In this document: positions 37,001-52,000 of the stretch, piece by piece
Layout of the letters: every line of letters begins with the position of its first letter
How positions within the stretch are numbered: the first letter of the stretch is position 1
DNA from: Botryllus schlosseri
Lineage: Eukaryota
Assembly (NCBI GenBank): GCA_051294905.1
Contig: CM119386.1
Location: 8,742,001 to 8,806,000 of the forward strand
Reading direction: 5' to 3'
Length of the DNA: 64,000 nt
The notes under the pieces: model-generated
What the model was told of the DNA's origin: nothing
Databases searched by the model: none
The model's input: the letters and a program-made list of their open reading frames with translations, nothing else
Made by a program: the position numbers and the translations under genes

Positions 37001-40000
37001 CATTCCATTTAGGAAGAATTAGCTGATATGAATGTGCATGTTGCCTTGACGTGCAATGGCCTAGACACTGTCAAGACCCAAACGCTTAGAAAAGGACTTG
37101 AGGCATCCTCAAAAGATCAAGCTTGACCTGGAGCTAGTTTTCTAGCAAATACCGCGTCTAGTTAACCCCAATATCAATCCTTCAGTCACTGAAAAGTGTT
37201 GTGAGGTATCGTGCGCAGCTCATTGTTCAAAATATATTGAAACTGATGATCACAAAATTTCTGTTGTATTGGTATTTCTTTGATAGCATTCTGTCTCTTT
37301 TGTGGCAAATATGCCAGCCTGTTAGAGAGCACAGCGTTGTACTGACGAAAAGATTTATAAACTTGGTTGTGAAACTGTGTCGATATTGAATTCATGTGGC
37401 CCGCGGCCTCTGATAAATTTGAAAAGTGCCCCGTGACCCGTTTTGAGTTGGCAACCCTTGATATCGCACCTGTATCACAGTAACAGACTAAATCTTTGAT
37501 AATGGCACCTGTTTGGAGTGTTAAAGTCATTTTGCCTCAGTCTGTAGCTATCTCCAATTGTCTGCTAAAAGTTTGCAGCGTTGTTAAAAAATCTACTTTT
37601 TCAAACTCTTTCTTTCAAACTACTACTTGTAATTGAGTATAAAATATGCGATATCACTTCTAGTTGTACTGGAGTAGTAAGAATGTCTACTTCTACCACC
37701 TCTGAAAATATGGAGGTTGGGTACAATGTCGAGAGTCAGAGAAAAAAATATATAACGCTACCCATCAGCAACAGAAAACTGATGTACGTCAACTCACCTG
37801 GAGTAGTCGGACAGTCTACCTCATCTTTGCCGCTGGGGCATTGAACTTCACCGTCGCATATGAACTCCTCGGCAGGCAGACAATCTCCATTTCCGCATTC
37901 AAATACGCAAGGTAACGTCGTAGTCTGTACAGATACATAACCAAATCAGGATGGCTGCATTCGCAATGTATTTGTGTGTAAAATATATATGATGTTGTAG
38001 CGCCTAAAGGCGGTCAATAACGAAGCACTTCTACTTTTCGTAGCACTGAAGTATGATTCTGCCTTCTTGCACTCCTTCATTAAGTGGCTATACTTTCGAC
38101 TACTTATACTTCAGTTTTCCATTTTTAGGCAAAAACTGACCAGAAATACTTACCTGGAAATCACTACTTCTACTTGTGTACAAATGAGGACTACTTTGAC
38201 CACCCCTGGGAGCACCCATTTCGTTGTAGAACAGAAATAGTGGTTAATAACTGCACATGCGATAGCGTTGATATAAATGTTATATTAACTGAGTTACAAT
38301 ATTAATGATTCTTTGTACGTGTCAACAATCAAGCCTAAGATTAGCTGGGAAGTATCGAAGACTATCGATCTAGCAATGATGTTAGATTTTGCTTTATTCA
38401 GAGGGTATGTATTTCAGTGTTTCAATTTCTAATTCTTCCAGGATGCTGTGCGTTTGTTTATTTCTTATCTAATAATCTAAAGTTTTTAGGGTGATGACTT
38501 CTGTGGCCCGTTCCAGTTCCAGTTCGATTTATTAGCAATTTTTATGAGTTCAATACATCACAAAAATTGCGATACAATTAAAAGATAGGAAAGTGTCGAA
38601 ACGACTGAGTAGTCTTTGAAATCTGACACCCACCTTGGCCTAGACGATGTATATAGGAGGCAGACACACTGAATGAAAAGTAAAAGCTTGGCTTTGATAA
38701 CTACATCATATCGAGCCTCCATGCTCATTAGCATGACGCATTTCAAATGCATTATTGATAGGTGCGTTATTTTAACAGCTTCTTGGAGGTACAGAACTTC
38801 AATATACAATTGAATAGTATATTCACATTGAAATGAACCCAAATATTTTCGGCTGACACTCGTCAGGGGTAATCGTCAGCAACTGGTAGAGATTTGAAGC
38901 AAACATTTTATATCAACAATCGTATCACAAAATATGAAGGAGTTTGTGTGCTCGGATTTTTCGACATTCCATGCCCCCTCTGCTTGAACCAACTTCACGG
39001 GACAAATTTGCTGTTATCGCTGCTCAGTGCTCAAGGTAGGGCTATAAAGCGCAGCCGTGATTTTCCGTTGCTCTGACAAGATAATTACCTCAACTGTAGT
39101 GGTTGTGGACTGCGGTGTTGTTGTAACAGGAGATGTTGTGTTCTGAGGTGGAGATGGAGGTACACAGAGGTCTTCATCTTCGTCTAATCCGTTGACACAA
39201 TCTTTGATCTCATCGCATCTGAAAAATAACGATGATAATAATCAAACACCAAGCTCCAGACATGGTCTGTAACCAAGTAGCTACCTACACTATATTCTCA
39301 AGTGGTTAACTCTACCTACTTAACATATTTTCAGTTTTTCAAGCAAAACTAAGCTCAGAACTGGTTTTCAGTAATGAATTACTTCTAGTTTTATCTCAAG
39401 TAGGCTTTGTATACTTGAGTTACTCATGTGGTATATTTCTACTAAATACCAGGATTAAGATAAGATAATCGTCCCAAGGTTACGAGTCACAAGTCAATCT
39501 CACTTTTATAGTTTTGACTCGAGTCAAGTCGAGTCATTTTCAATGCACCACCGAGTCAAGTCCGAGTCCAAGTCGGCGAGCAGAGGTTCGAGTCCTAGTA
39601 ATAGTGTTATGAATCGAGTCCGAGTCCAAGTCATTGTATTAACTGTTCAATTTCGAGTTAGTTTTGCTAAGCAAACTTTTTACAACTCTGCTTGGTGATA
39701 CTAATTTTCCTTACTTTCAACAGTTTCTGGTCGTATTTTCTTGTACCAGTACTAATAATCAAAATACCAATAATGTGATAACTTTACTATTCTTCGAAAT
39801 TACAATGAAATGTCAGACTTGGCCGTTGGAGCCTCGAGTCATATGACTTGGTCGGACTCATGCGCAATGACTTGAGTACAAGTTGAGTCAACACAAAGAT
39901 TGACTCAAGTCGAGTCGAGTCATTTTCTGTACTTTGAGATAATAACTCGAGTCAAGTTGAAACACCAAAAAATCGTGACTCGAGTCATTACAACTCCACA

Positions 40001-43000
40001 CATACTTTATAAACTTTGGAATATGAAAAGCAGAAAGTAGTTTAGTGACCAGTGTTTATCACTTTATTGAGTGATATTGTCACAAGAAATTATCACAGGT
40101 GAAATAGCCCATGTAACATGATATGTATTTGACGATATCACGTATTTGTAGAGTCATTAGTTAGGTACTTACAATGTTACTTATAATTCTACTTAGTTTC
40201 AACGCTAACTAGTTCAACAGCCTCTCCCAGCAGATACCAGCACGATTGTGACACGCGATACTCACACTTGACTGTCATTGATGCACTGGCCCATGTCACA
40301 TCTGAATTGATCATCCAAGCACACTACCACTATTGGTGTTGTCGTACGTTCTGTTCAAGAGAGAAGAATGTAATAATTAAATCCAGTCGAATCGAAGAGA
40401 GTTACTCAAATAAAACCTAGGAAAATCAGAAAACCTTAACTTGTTTAAGCCAGAGACTCTTAAACTGAGATTGATGGTGCCCTTGGGGGTCCACAGACTA
40501 GTGCTAAGGGGTCCGTGAAAGAGCATTGAAATTCTTGGTATTTTTATTTCAATACACATAAAACTATGTCACAGCATCGATGCTAGCACGACACCAAATG
40601 AAATCAAAATTAATGTTGATCTTGATGATTTCTAGTGACGCAGTTTAATAATTGTCAAATCATATCAGTTGCAGCCTGATATCAAATTAAATTATCATCA
40701 CTCATCAGGAAATGTCAGCGAAAAGAAAGTGAAGCGAAGAATACATTTCATTTTACTTTCATCACCCGCGATGGTGGGGATAAAAAAGCCACAGTGTTTT
40801 CTGTATTGCAAGGTTATCACCAATGAAAGTATGAAGCCATCAAAGTCTTTGGAATCGGTTTCTTCGCACTAATTCACCAACATCCTCTGATCTCACTAAG
40901 GACTAATGATTAGTCATTATTCAGATTGAATTGACGATATTGAAAAGCAAATCACTCCATCTTAAATTTAAAGAGACTCTCGGAGATACAGAACTTCACT
41001 ATACCATTGAACAACACGTTGTATTGAAATAAACCCATGTATTTTCGTCCGACTCTCGGCAGGGGTAATTATCTGCAACTAGTAGAGATTTAAAAAGAAC
41101 ATCGTAGCAGTCACATCACCAAATATGACGTCACCGGCATAAAAGGATTCAAATAGTCGAAGCGAACAGACGATCAAAACTCTATGTACTGTTTTTTGAT
41201 TTGAAATTCGAAACAGTCATTTTGTTGCCATTTCATTTTAATTTGATTGCGGTAAGTCTGATCAACATAGTTCAGAAAATACTTTTTCAGGCTATGTCAC
41301 AAAAGAGGTTCGCACAAACAATAAAGAAAATTACAGGTCTACACTAAATGAATTAAGAGCCCCTGGCTAAACTTACCGGCACACCGTCCTCGAGTTGAAA
41401 AAATATGTTATCTCGTAGGTGTCGTTCAACTAGTCTTATTTGTAACCGATAGAGAGTGAAGGAGGGAGAGATTTCGTCAATCAATGGGAGAACACAGATC
41501 TCCAAATTTAAGGCTGCTGCACACTGGCTTTGCGCGGTAGTTGCGTTCTGCTGCACACTGGGACACCGAGTCGTACACTCGTAACGTAGGCCTATCTGTT
41601 CTGTACCAGCTTATTTATTTCGTAACAGTTTAGGTTCTTGGTTATTACTATTGAAGAACACATCAAGATACTTCCTACACATATGTGTTTTCTATGTGTA
41701 CTGACAGCTCCGAATTTTGATAAGGAATACACCAAAATGCCACTAAGATATTCTCAAATTCGAAAACTCAGTCTATTATTTCAACTCAAGACGCAGATGC
41801 ACAATATACAGTACCCAATATACAAAGAATATAAACAAGAAGGTGTCTAATCGTTGAAACGCCATGACATACTCCATCAATCAGATATCTTTATAATATA
41901 TAGGCCTACTCTTCTTGGCCTACCAGTACTTTCGTAATGTCAAGCATGTCAGTGGCATTGGCGGGCTAGCGGTCCTGTTCTCTGTTATTCATCTTGTATT
42001 GTGAACATATAGTAATTTAATTATCAAATATATCTTCATTTCGTTCATCCATCTTTAAGTTACCAACTTGAGGTTGAATCATTCTTTTTCTGGGCTTGTT
42101 GGATATCATACAGCGCCCTGAGTCAATCCCAAGATAAATTACGCATCTGGTACACGAGTATGTTAAATTAAGAAGTTGAACGATTAGAAAAGATTGCAAC
42201 AGCACCGTCGAAAGAAGAGCGCGTGCTTATTTTCTACTGCGACTGAGCCCGCAACTCGCGACAAAGTTGGAATTTTTCAACTCTGTCGGCGAGTTGCGCA
42301 GCCAGCCCGCCGACGCTTTGTTGCGTAGTCTGGCGACGCTGTGTGCATGGTTTTGTCACAGACAGGCGCGATTCTCTCGTTTTGTCGTGTCGCGAGAGCC
42401 AGTGTGCAGCAGCCTTTACGGTACAAAACATTGGTTGATCAGTATGGACTGGTGCTGATATCATCATGACGGACTCTGTGACAACCAGAACTACCTTGAT
42501 TGTTTAAACACAATAACATCATAAAATTATATTGTTGATACACAGTGTTCTTTCCAATTCTCTACTAGCTGCTGACGATTACCCCTGACGAGTGTCAGAC
42601 GAAAATATTCGGTTCATTTCAATGTGAATATACTATTCAATTGTATATTGAAGTTCTGTACCTCTGACATTCAGAGAATTTGATGAATACGGATAGAGGA
42701 GAGATAAAAGCATATTTTCAGCCACACAAGGTCTTACCGGTCGAGGCAGTAGTTGGTTCTGACAAGGTAGTGGTTGTTTCTGATCGTACACAATTCGGAC
42801 AGCATTTCCCTTCAACGTGAACGGCCTCTTCGCCCGCCGGACACGCGGCGCATGCGATTTCGGTGCATGTAGTCTGCCCAGCTTCGTTGCATTCACACGT
42901 CTTACAAGGTCCTACTTCCCACTTCTCACCAACCTGCGAAATGCGTTCACACATACTGAGCAACAATGTTGGTTCGGCATAGCTACCCTATTACTATCGC

Positions 43001-46000
43001 AAACCTACCATAGATGCTTTTTTAAAAATCCGAACTCTACTAACCTTTACCAGCCATGTGGGTCTGAATTGAGCCAAATTGGTTTCCCAGCGTTTTCTCA
43101 GGCAACGCAACAATTTCATGCGGCTCTCATTAATTTTCTGCTCTTAATAACTTTTCTACTTCTACTTTTAAGCGAAACTAGGCCTGGAATACTATTAATG
43201 CGTGATAGAATGTATTGCTTCATAATTCAACCTCTCGGCAAGATTACGAACTGCGTGTGAATTTGCGCAATCATTGAAGAGCCGCGATCAAAGACTCAAA
43301 TTGACGCAGTTTGACCACCATTGACCTATCAAGTCTAGTAGTAAGAATCAGATAGTATACCTCATGGAATTTGTTGTTTTCATCGGTGCAGTATTTCAGA
43401 GGTCGGCACTGGCAGCATACGTCGTCATCTGGGTCTTCGTTGATCAGTTCGTAACCCTCGTCGCATTGCTTGATCTGGCAATGTTCTCCGCAGTTTGGCT
43501 CGCCAGAGGCGTCGCATTTGCACATAGTGCAATTGTCAGGGTACCAAACCTCGTCAGCCTTGATAATACAGACAAAATATAAATCAAAGAGTTACAGCAG
43601 TGATTCTCAACCGCCGTGTCGCGTTAAAATGGGGTAAAGAGGTAAAGCTCAAGTATGGATCGAGCATAAATTGGATTCAGCCGATTGGTGAAAAACGATT
43701 TTTTGGAGTATAGAAATTATATGTCCCTTGCTACAAAGAGTTGGATTATCAACGAGAATTGTTATAGTTTTATGCTTTTCTACAATGCTTTGAAGCCTCA
43801 TTTGGTCCTACCACAGCATCCAAACATGTAGTACAAAGCCACTTCCGTTAGCGTTAATCACATTTCTGTGAAATCATGAGCGACGCTGGCAATACTTTCT
43901 TTGTGGTCACATAAAAGATGTATATTACAATTCCCCATATCATCCATGCTCTTATGTTCGAATCGTATACTGGAATCAAAACCTGTTGCTCAATTCAGAG
44001 TCAAATCACTCAGGTACTGGATTATGTCCAGCCCAAGTTATTATTCATAAAATCTCGTAGACTATCAAGCAAGATATCTCTTGTTTTAGTGGGAAAGTTA
44101 GATATTTGAATAAATAATGTTATCAGATAGATCAAAACACTACAAGATTGCTATATAATGAAAAGATAGGAAAGCGTAGTAGTCTTTGTGTGTTTGGAGT
44201 GACAAAAAATTCAGACCATAGAGCATTAATTTCTACAGCACCTGACCTGGAAAACGACAATCAAACTAGGCGTTAAGACACCAAAATACATTCAATCTAA
44301 AGTAGGATTTTATCCTATTCATCACCTCATAATATTCTTCCTCGTGCTTGCATTGCTTTTCGCGGCAATAGCAGCATTCTCCGTCGTTCTCCACAAGCTC
44401 CTGAGTGTCGGTACATTCCTTGTTGCAAGCCTTTTCGCATTCAATCCCGCTGAATCCACAACGACATATTTCACAATCGCTCTGGCTCATGATCTCGTTC
44501 ATCTTACAAAGACAACGTACGAATGAATTACCACAATTAATGATAAGTAAACACGCAATTATGTCTTACGCCAAGAAGTATTCCGTTTGCGTGATCGTAG
44601 CAAGGGCACTGTCTTTCTTCGATGCACGTTCCTTCATGCTCGATCATGTTGTCCGGGCATTCACAGCCAGGCATGCACCTTCCGACAAAACAATCTTTTC
44701 CGGCGGCCGCCATATGACAAGTACGGGCACATCTACATCCGGATGGAACGAAAGGCGATTGGCAGGTGACTGCATAAAATGAAGTAGATCATCAGAATCT
44801 GGTCATCTGTTAATGCATCACATCAACTCCGCCTCGACACAACAGTCTATTGAACATATGGGATGAGAAGATACATATATAATATGCACATTACATTTAA
44901 ATATATTGTTACACATATTATTTCATTATACTTTTGACAACATATATTTACAACATATAGGCGTATAAATGAATGTACAATGTGACCAGCTGACTTGTCA
45001 TCGCTGGCTACCATTTCACCGAGTTATTTTCTCTTATTTTTAGAAATCAACTTTTTTTCTGGGACAAAAACTTAGAAAAGGCGTGCCGCAAGGTCTCAAA
45101 GAAACCCTCCACCATAAATTTAAAATGTCATTGAATATCTCCTGTTAAAGTGCAGTGTTAGGGAACGCTGAATGATTAATATTGTCCCAAATTCAGCATT
45201 GGTCAGTAACAAAGCAATTCTACTCCAAGCCAGTTTTGCCCACTAGCATTATTTACTCATGTGGTTATCATTTTAAAACTACTACTACTAGAGATTTTTC
45301 AGCTTTTTAGGTAAAATTAGGCCTAGAGTACTTACTTCTTTACTAACCCGGAAATCACTACTTCTGGTTTCACTGGAGTAGAAATTTATGTTATTACTTC
45401 TACTTTTATGTGAGTACTGGATGTATTTTTACGGTCAACAACTGCTGTCATATTTTTTATTCATTTGTTGTTTCCTTTTTCCCTGTAGTAACAAGTAGCA
45501 AGACCTTTACAGGGCATATCACCATTTCCAGTCAAATTTATGAGTATTTTTGAGGAATAGTGTATTGCTTGACTGTATTGGTGAAAATTGACGATATAAT
45601 CTTACTCGCTGTGGTGGTCGTAACATTTGAGCCTGTTGTAGTTTCAGCAGACTGCAGCACAGTCGTCATCGCGGATTCTGATGTCATGACAGGACTTGAC
45701 GTGCTGATGACACCTCCAGATGTTGTGGTGGTTATCACGACGCTGATTGTAGACTGGGTGGTCGGGCTTGTCGGTGGCGTTTTCTTAGTCGTTGTGGACT
45801 CGACTGGCACCGATGGAGCGGTGGTTGGCGATTTGACAGGTTCAGTTTCTTCAACAGCAGTGAAATATTTCATTTAATGCGGACCACAATATGATAAGCA
45901 ACAATTTCCTATTTAATATTGTTAGTTTATTCGACGGTTGACTTCACAAGCAGTAGTCGATGGTTAGAAAATAACGACACAAGCGGTATTAGCAGTAAAC

Positions 46001-49000
46001 CACTATTAATGTACGGGGCCATCTATCAATCGAGTTTAGCGAAAAAGATATAAAGTGATTTGCATGACATCCACTTTACTTGATTCCTTCAATTATTCTG
46101 GAAACACGAGTGAAAATGACCAGTTTTGCGAACTTCCGGGGATGTTTAGGGGTGAAAATATGACTCTAATAAGTATTGATTTGAAATTAGACAGGAAAAA
46201 AATATATTCAAGAGTTCATCAGTAATATATTGGTATTTACGATTTTATTCATTTTCAAAATTTCAACAGTTATGTTGGAAAAAAATTGATACCTTCCGTT
46301 GTTGTGCTTGTCTTCTCTGTCACAACTGTGGTTGTTGGACTCGGGTGACCGGTTACAGCTAAAATAGATGTCAGATATGTCAATGAAATCCAAACTAAAA
46401 TTGATAATTCGGAATAACGGGTATACATTTGGAAAATATTAATTAATTGCCGTTAATTGCATACATTTTCTTTAAAAGTTTCCGCTCACTTACATCATGA
46501 AGATTCGTCATATAAAGGTACGTTATGAGAATCATATCAATTTAAATTACATAACTCTTTAAAGTAACAACGGCAAAGCAAATATATGAGCTGTTAACCT
46601 CGTAATATGTCGACATAGAAACAACACATACAGAACATGGAATCAAAAAACACATGAATTAAATGTTATTTTTGTGCCCCCCATCAGATATTCAAGTCAT
46701 ATACACTTACGTGATGTTCTAATGGACTGCGAAGTCGTCGATACTGTGGTGCTGCCAGTTGTGGGTGGAACAGATGTCGTTGTGGTGCATTCCGATTCGT
46801 CGCTGCCATCAAGACAATCTGCCTTTCCATCACACCGCCATTTCAATGGAATACAATTATGCGATCCGCATTGGAACTCTCCGGGGCAGGAAATCGGTAC
46901 TACAATAAAAAGAATGATAATTGTATCAACTATCAAATGGACAAAAATGATACCACACGTTGAAGATGCTGATAACATGAAGAGTTTCTGTACAACTTAC
47001 AAATCTATTATTAGCTTGCTTTTATTTTGAGGAAGTCATTTTTATATTTAGCGTTGCTATTACTATACCATATACTTCAAGTTTTGTTGCTGTCATATTT
47101 ACAATGTGAATTTCATGTCTGCAATTCTGATTTCTATGTCATACTTTGAATTTGTTTGAATCCCTTTATAAGAGACACCCGTAAAGTCTATGAGTTATAA
47201 TAAATTTGTAACTGGAATGGATGCTGTGATGAAAGAAATCTCCAAGCTCTGTACCGCAAACCACGTTTGCCAAATATGCATCATGTAATACTTTAAAATG
47301 ATAATTGGTCTCTTGAGTGCCCACTGCCCATGGAATTGAAAGATGGAAGAATTATACTAGAGAGAATTGGAAATAGATTGCATTAACATAAATATTCAGT
47401 CTTCAAGCAGAAATATTGAGTGTCTTAATAATTCTCACTGATACAGCAATATATACTTACCACATTTGGGACAGCATTCGCCATCCGGCGTTTCTTCCTT
47501 ATATCCCGATTCGCACTCTTTCACAACGCATTCTTTCACAACACAGTCTGTGGCACCATTCGCGTTATTACAGCTACAGGTCTTGCACGAGTCGACTTCC
47601 CATTGGGCGCCAACTTCCAAACAGCTACAAACAGTTGGGTTAGATGCAGTACGAAATATTCAACGGTCTGAGCCTTGTTAATATAGAACCATCAATCAAA
47701 ACGTTGATTGCGTAACAGAGGTTGGGCAATCAGTTTATTTTAATCTAGTGAGCTACAGTTTATGTGAAAAGTACTATGGTACGAGATTTCACAAAATAGT
47801 AATCAAAATATATGTAGACAATCATTAATCATCCAAATCAAATTCTGCACTATTTCCAGTTCCAATCTCTGTGGTCAAATTAAGCATGCCGTGAATCTGC
47901 CCTACCTTTCAGATACAACACATCCGTTACACGCCTGCGGTGTGGTGGCAGTGACCGGCGTTGTCTCTGTTCCCATTGACACCGTCGAACTCGCAGTTGT
48001 AGTAGATTGCGATTTCGTTGTGGTCGTAGGCACTGTAATACATTTGTGTCTACCATACGGTTGCGAGTCAATGACATGAAAAACTCACAGGCTCTACAGT
48101 AGCAGCACTGATCGCTGTCTTCATTGAGGACCAGCATTTCACGACCAGTGGCGCATTTCAACTTGCAAGCCTTCTCGCATTTTATCTCTCCAGACGTGCA
48201 CGAACATGTTATGCAATCGCTAGTACTCCATTGTCCGCCCTCTGGGTATCTGAAAGTGAGGCCATCAACTGTTACATCAAGATTATCGAAACTGTGATCT
48301 GGTTCAATCTGCCATCGAAGATATCAGCTAAATAGAACGAAACACAAACTGCACTCAATGTGTTGTCATTGATGTTTCGCCAGCAAACATCTGGGCGGCT
48401 GTTTAATGTGTTACTAAATGTCCAGGAACTTGATTGCATATAGTCTTATCTATGGAGTAAATCATCTATTATGTAAATAAGCACACACACTAATTGACAG
48501 AACGCCCAAAATATAGTGGGAAAACAATTTTGATATGATCTACATTCCTTGTGCCAAAGGTCCAGCCTCCGGATCCAATGAAAAATGGCATGTGTTTACA
48601 ACAAAAACTAGACGGAATAATTTCTTTCATGTAAGACACACAACTTCAATTCAAGTTTTTTTTGTAGATTAGCCATTACGTGTCCTATCAATCCATGTCC
48701 TTGCTTAAAATCAACATACGTCACAAACAGCCTGGTATGTTATAGTCATGGAATCACGACAACCAATCATCTTTATGGGTCTGCTGGTCTGAGTTTTTAG
48801 TAGACTTCTCCACAACTGAATTACATCTTTTAGCCACGTTAAAGACACCCGACCCGACCAAATACTTACTTGGTGCCCTCGCTGTAGCACGAGCATTGGT
48901 CGTCTTTGACGCATTTGGTCCCATCCATTAGCATGCCCTCTGGACAGTAACATCCAGGCTTGCAGTTATCTTCGTTGCATTCTTGGTCCAAATCGCCGCA

Positions 49001-52000
49001 AGTGGCGTTGCAGCCACATTCGTGCGGCACCAGCGGTGATACACACACTGCACACGAGAAAAGTCGATGCTATCACACTGATTAAATATTTTGCATCCAG
49101 CAGTAAAAATGACAAAACACTATTACTTGATCAACCGAGGTTTGATCTGTCAGAGGACTGACTTGAGCAGGGCTCAACATTACTTCAATTCAACTTGGCC
49201 TCAAGTACAACAAAAGGTCGACCTACTCAAATATGTGGCAAAGATAGATTCAGTGAAGATGGATTTCCCCAATAACTGATGTAGTCGGTGCATTAGTAGC
49301 TTTTAAGATATCGCACATGCATGCACAAGTGCCCTACCGTATGTTTTTTGAAATCATACATCCCCGATTGAATTGGTAACCCTAAATAGCCAGTAGCGGT
49401 CCAGTCTCATTGGAAAAAGAGGAAGCCAAAATATGTGGTTAAAATTTCTTCATGTTGAAAACAATGAACAGGTGTTTGCTATCAAAATGTGACATACCAA
49501 CTGAAGGTGTGGTTACGATGGGTTTGAGAGTGGTCGACTTTTGTGTTGTTCCAATTGGCTTCTCGGTGGAAACAGTTTCTGCTGCAGTAGTCGAAAGCGT
49601 TCCCACTTTTGGAGTGGTGGTACTCTGACGAATGAAATAGTCATAAATTCTGATACATCGGTAGTTCAGGATTAAGTAGCAGCACGTGGAATTCTACGGA
49701 AATTAAGTGGCAACAACACTGCTTAAAGCTGGGGTTCTTAACCTGGGTCGCGGACTAAGGAGTCGAAACAAGGTCAATGTTGAAATCAAAATTGTAAAAT
49801 TGTCATTATTTTTGACTTGCGCCCCTATTTTGTCTTATTATCAGCGCTCACTATAGTTCTCAAGCCTAAGTGATTGCCCGTTTTGCGTAATCGGGTAGCT
49901 TTTTAGGCAAGATCTACACCAAGTGGCGATATGAGGCCATCATTAGGACAAATTATGACCATTGATTAGTAATCAGCTCCCAAAAGTTCAAGGTTTGGGA
50001 TCCACGCAAGTGACGCAACCACCCACATTAATTTAGCGGTTCGTGCTGGCAAAAAGGTTAAGAATCAATGGCTTAAAGCCTAAATATAAACAAGAAAATA
50101 GGTTCTCATTACCTCAGATTCTGTGGTGGTGGTGCTAATTCCAGTCGACGCGGTGCTGGAGACAGTCGATGTCGCTGCTAAAGAATAGCATTCAATGAGT
50201 GGCTAATATCTCAAAACCGTGAAAATAGGTATCTTACAAGTTGAAGTTACAGGCAGACACTGGCAGCAATCGTCGATGTAGACCAGTCTTCCAGCTTCAG
50301 CTGCGCACTGTTCCGGAGTGATTGCGCAAGTTTTGGTGCAGTTCATGCCAAGCTCGGTACAAACGCATTTCTCGCAGGATTTTTCGCCTTCGATTTGATC
50401 GCCAAACTGAAAGAAACATCAGACACCATGTGAATGTATTTGCACGGAGTCAGATGTAAGTAGAATATGAGCCTGTGGGGAACTGGCAACAGGCCCTATT
50501 GCCAATACAATACGCAGAAATTTGTAGCACAGTCACCACTCTATGTTGGCCAACCGAATGAGATGAGTGAATAAGCGACGATCTAACCTTATAGTAATTT
50601 CCGTTATGGTAGCATGGGCAGGACGTCTCTTCGATGCATTCGCCGTTGTGTTCGACCATGCCTTGCGGACAATCGCAACCAAATTCACACTCATCCGAGA
50701 CGGCAGGACATTCGAAGTCAGGGTCGGCCATATTAGAGCATGTCTTGTGGCAAGGGCAGGTCTTGATCTCTTTTCCAGGTTGGCATGCTTAGAAACAAAT
50801 TCGATTTACGAGCAGCGAAATACACATTACATATTAGGAGCGGAATTTCAAATTACTGCGGACACACATCGATACCATGAATACTCCAAGTGAGACTCCA
50901 TGAAGTTGACTTCTGTGTGAGGGATTAGTGACATAAGTAGGAGAAATGAATGGCGATACTTTTCAAGTGGATACATTATATGCTGATATTACAGGTCTAT
51001 CTTTTCAAGACTTCTCAAATTATTGAAAATGCCATTCCTGTGTGCTGTAGCCTAGAGAGCGGTATCATTGGAATACACTAGAGTTACTAGTTAATAATAC
51101 AGAAGTGGCAAAACTTTTTGGCTAGAGTTTTCTATGTGGTATGAAACCACGAATATACTAATAATAAGTTGGTTAGCAAAGGACTAACACAGAATAAGGT
51201 ATATTTACTTGGCCTTGTTGTTGGAGCTGGTGTTGTGGTCGTCGGCGGGCAACTGTTTTCTTCTGGGTAGCCGGCACAACGTCCATTCACCCTGTCAGCG
51301 TTTTCATCCGAGCAAGAACAATCCTAAGGCATATTGAATTATAAGTGTGGAATTCTTCAGGAAAAACCATCATTCAACATGTTTCTAGATATTTATGATC
51401 TCTATCCTAAAGCACATCGTAATATCAAATTTTGACAGCTGCAGTGACCAAGTACCATTCACCTTGGCAATAATGTTATCGCCTTGTTATAACATTCATG
51501 TGTGAGCACCAAACAAATTCATTTACATCACTTCAGTTTCAATGCTACTAACGTGGCTAGGCGCAAATGGTTTGGTTGTCAACAGGTTCCCGTGGAGAAA
51601 ATTCAAAGAAAATATCTTGCACTCTCATGAAAAAAGGATTAGAAACCCATTTGCGAAACTCACATCAACAGAACATCCGTATTCTTCCGAACAATCCCCA
51701 TCGTCTTCACAGCCAAGCGTGCAGCTGCACTTCTCCGGACATATTTCCGGAGGGATAGTGCCTGGTGATGTTGACGGGGGTGTAGTTGTGCCGTTTTCTG
51801 CAAAAACGACGGAGCTATCATTATTATCGCACATTCATTCATTCATTCATTCAATAATCAAACACTCTCAGCCCATGGATAGTGAAGAAACACATGCATT
51901 AAACAATACATGCATATTTATTATGAAATACAGAGAAATGAGCTGGTATTAGAGGATTAGTTAGTCGGTAATATTACATCTGATAACTGGTTATCCTCGA

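Noticed and set aside
38560-38616. GATAC..GTGTC-GAAAC-GAC-loop-GTC motif (also at ~7495 and ~60810 on the minus strand) resembling a hammerhead 3' half
   Set aside because: No CUGANGA box upstream in any copy, so the catalytic core is incomplete
41377-42470. Open frame with apparent splice sites restored when the Harbinger MITE is removed ([11 protein letters not shown]...NLEICVLPL...EDGVP)
   Set aside because: It enters in phase 1 and exits in phase 0, while the flanking exons already join 1-to-1; it also lacks the Cys/Thr pattern of the gene, so it is most likely a chance intronic ORF
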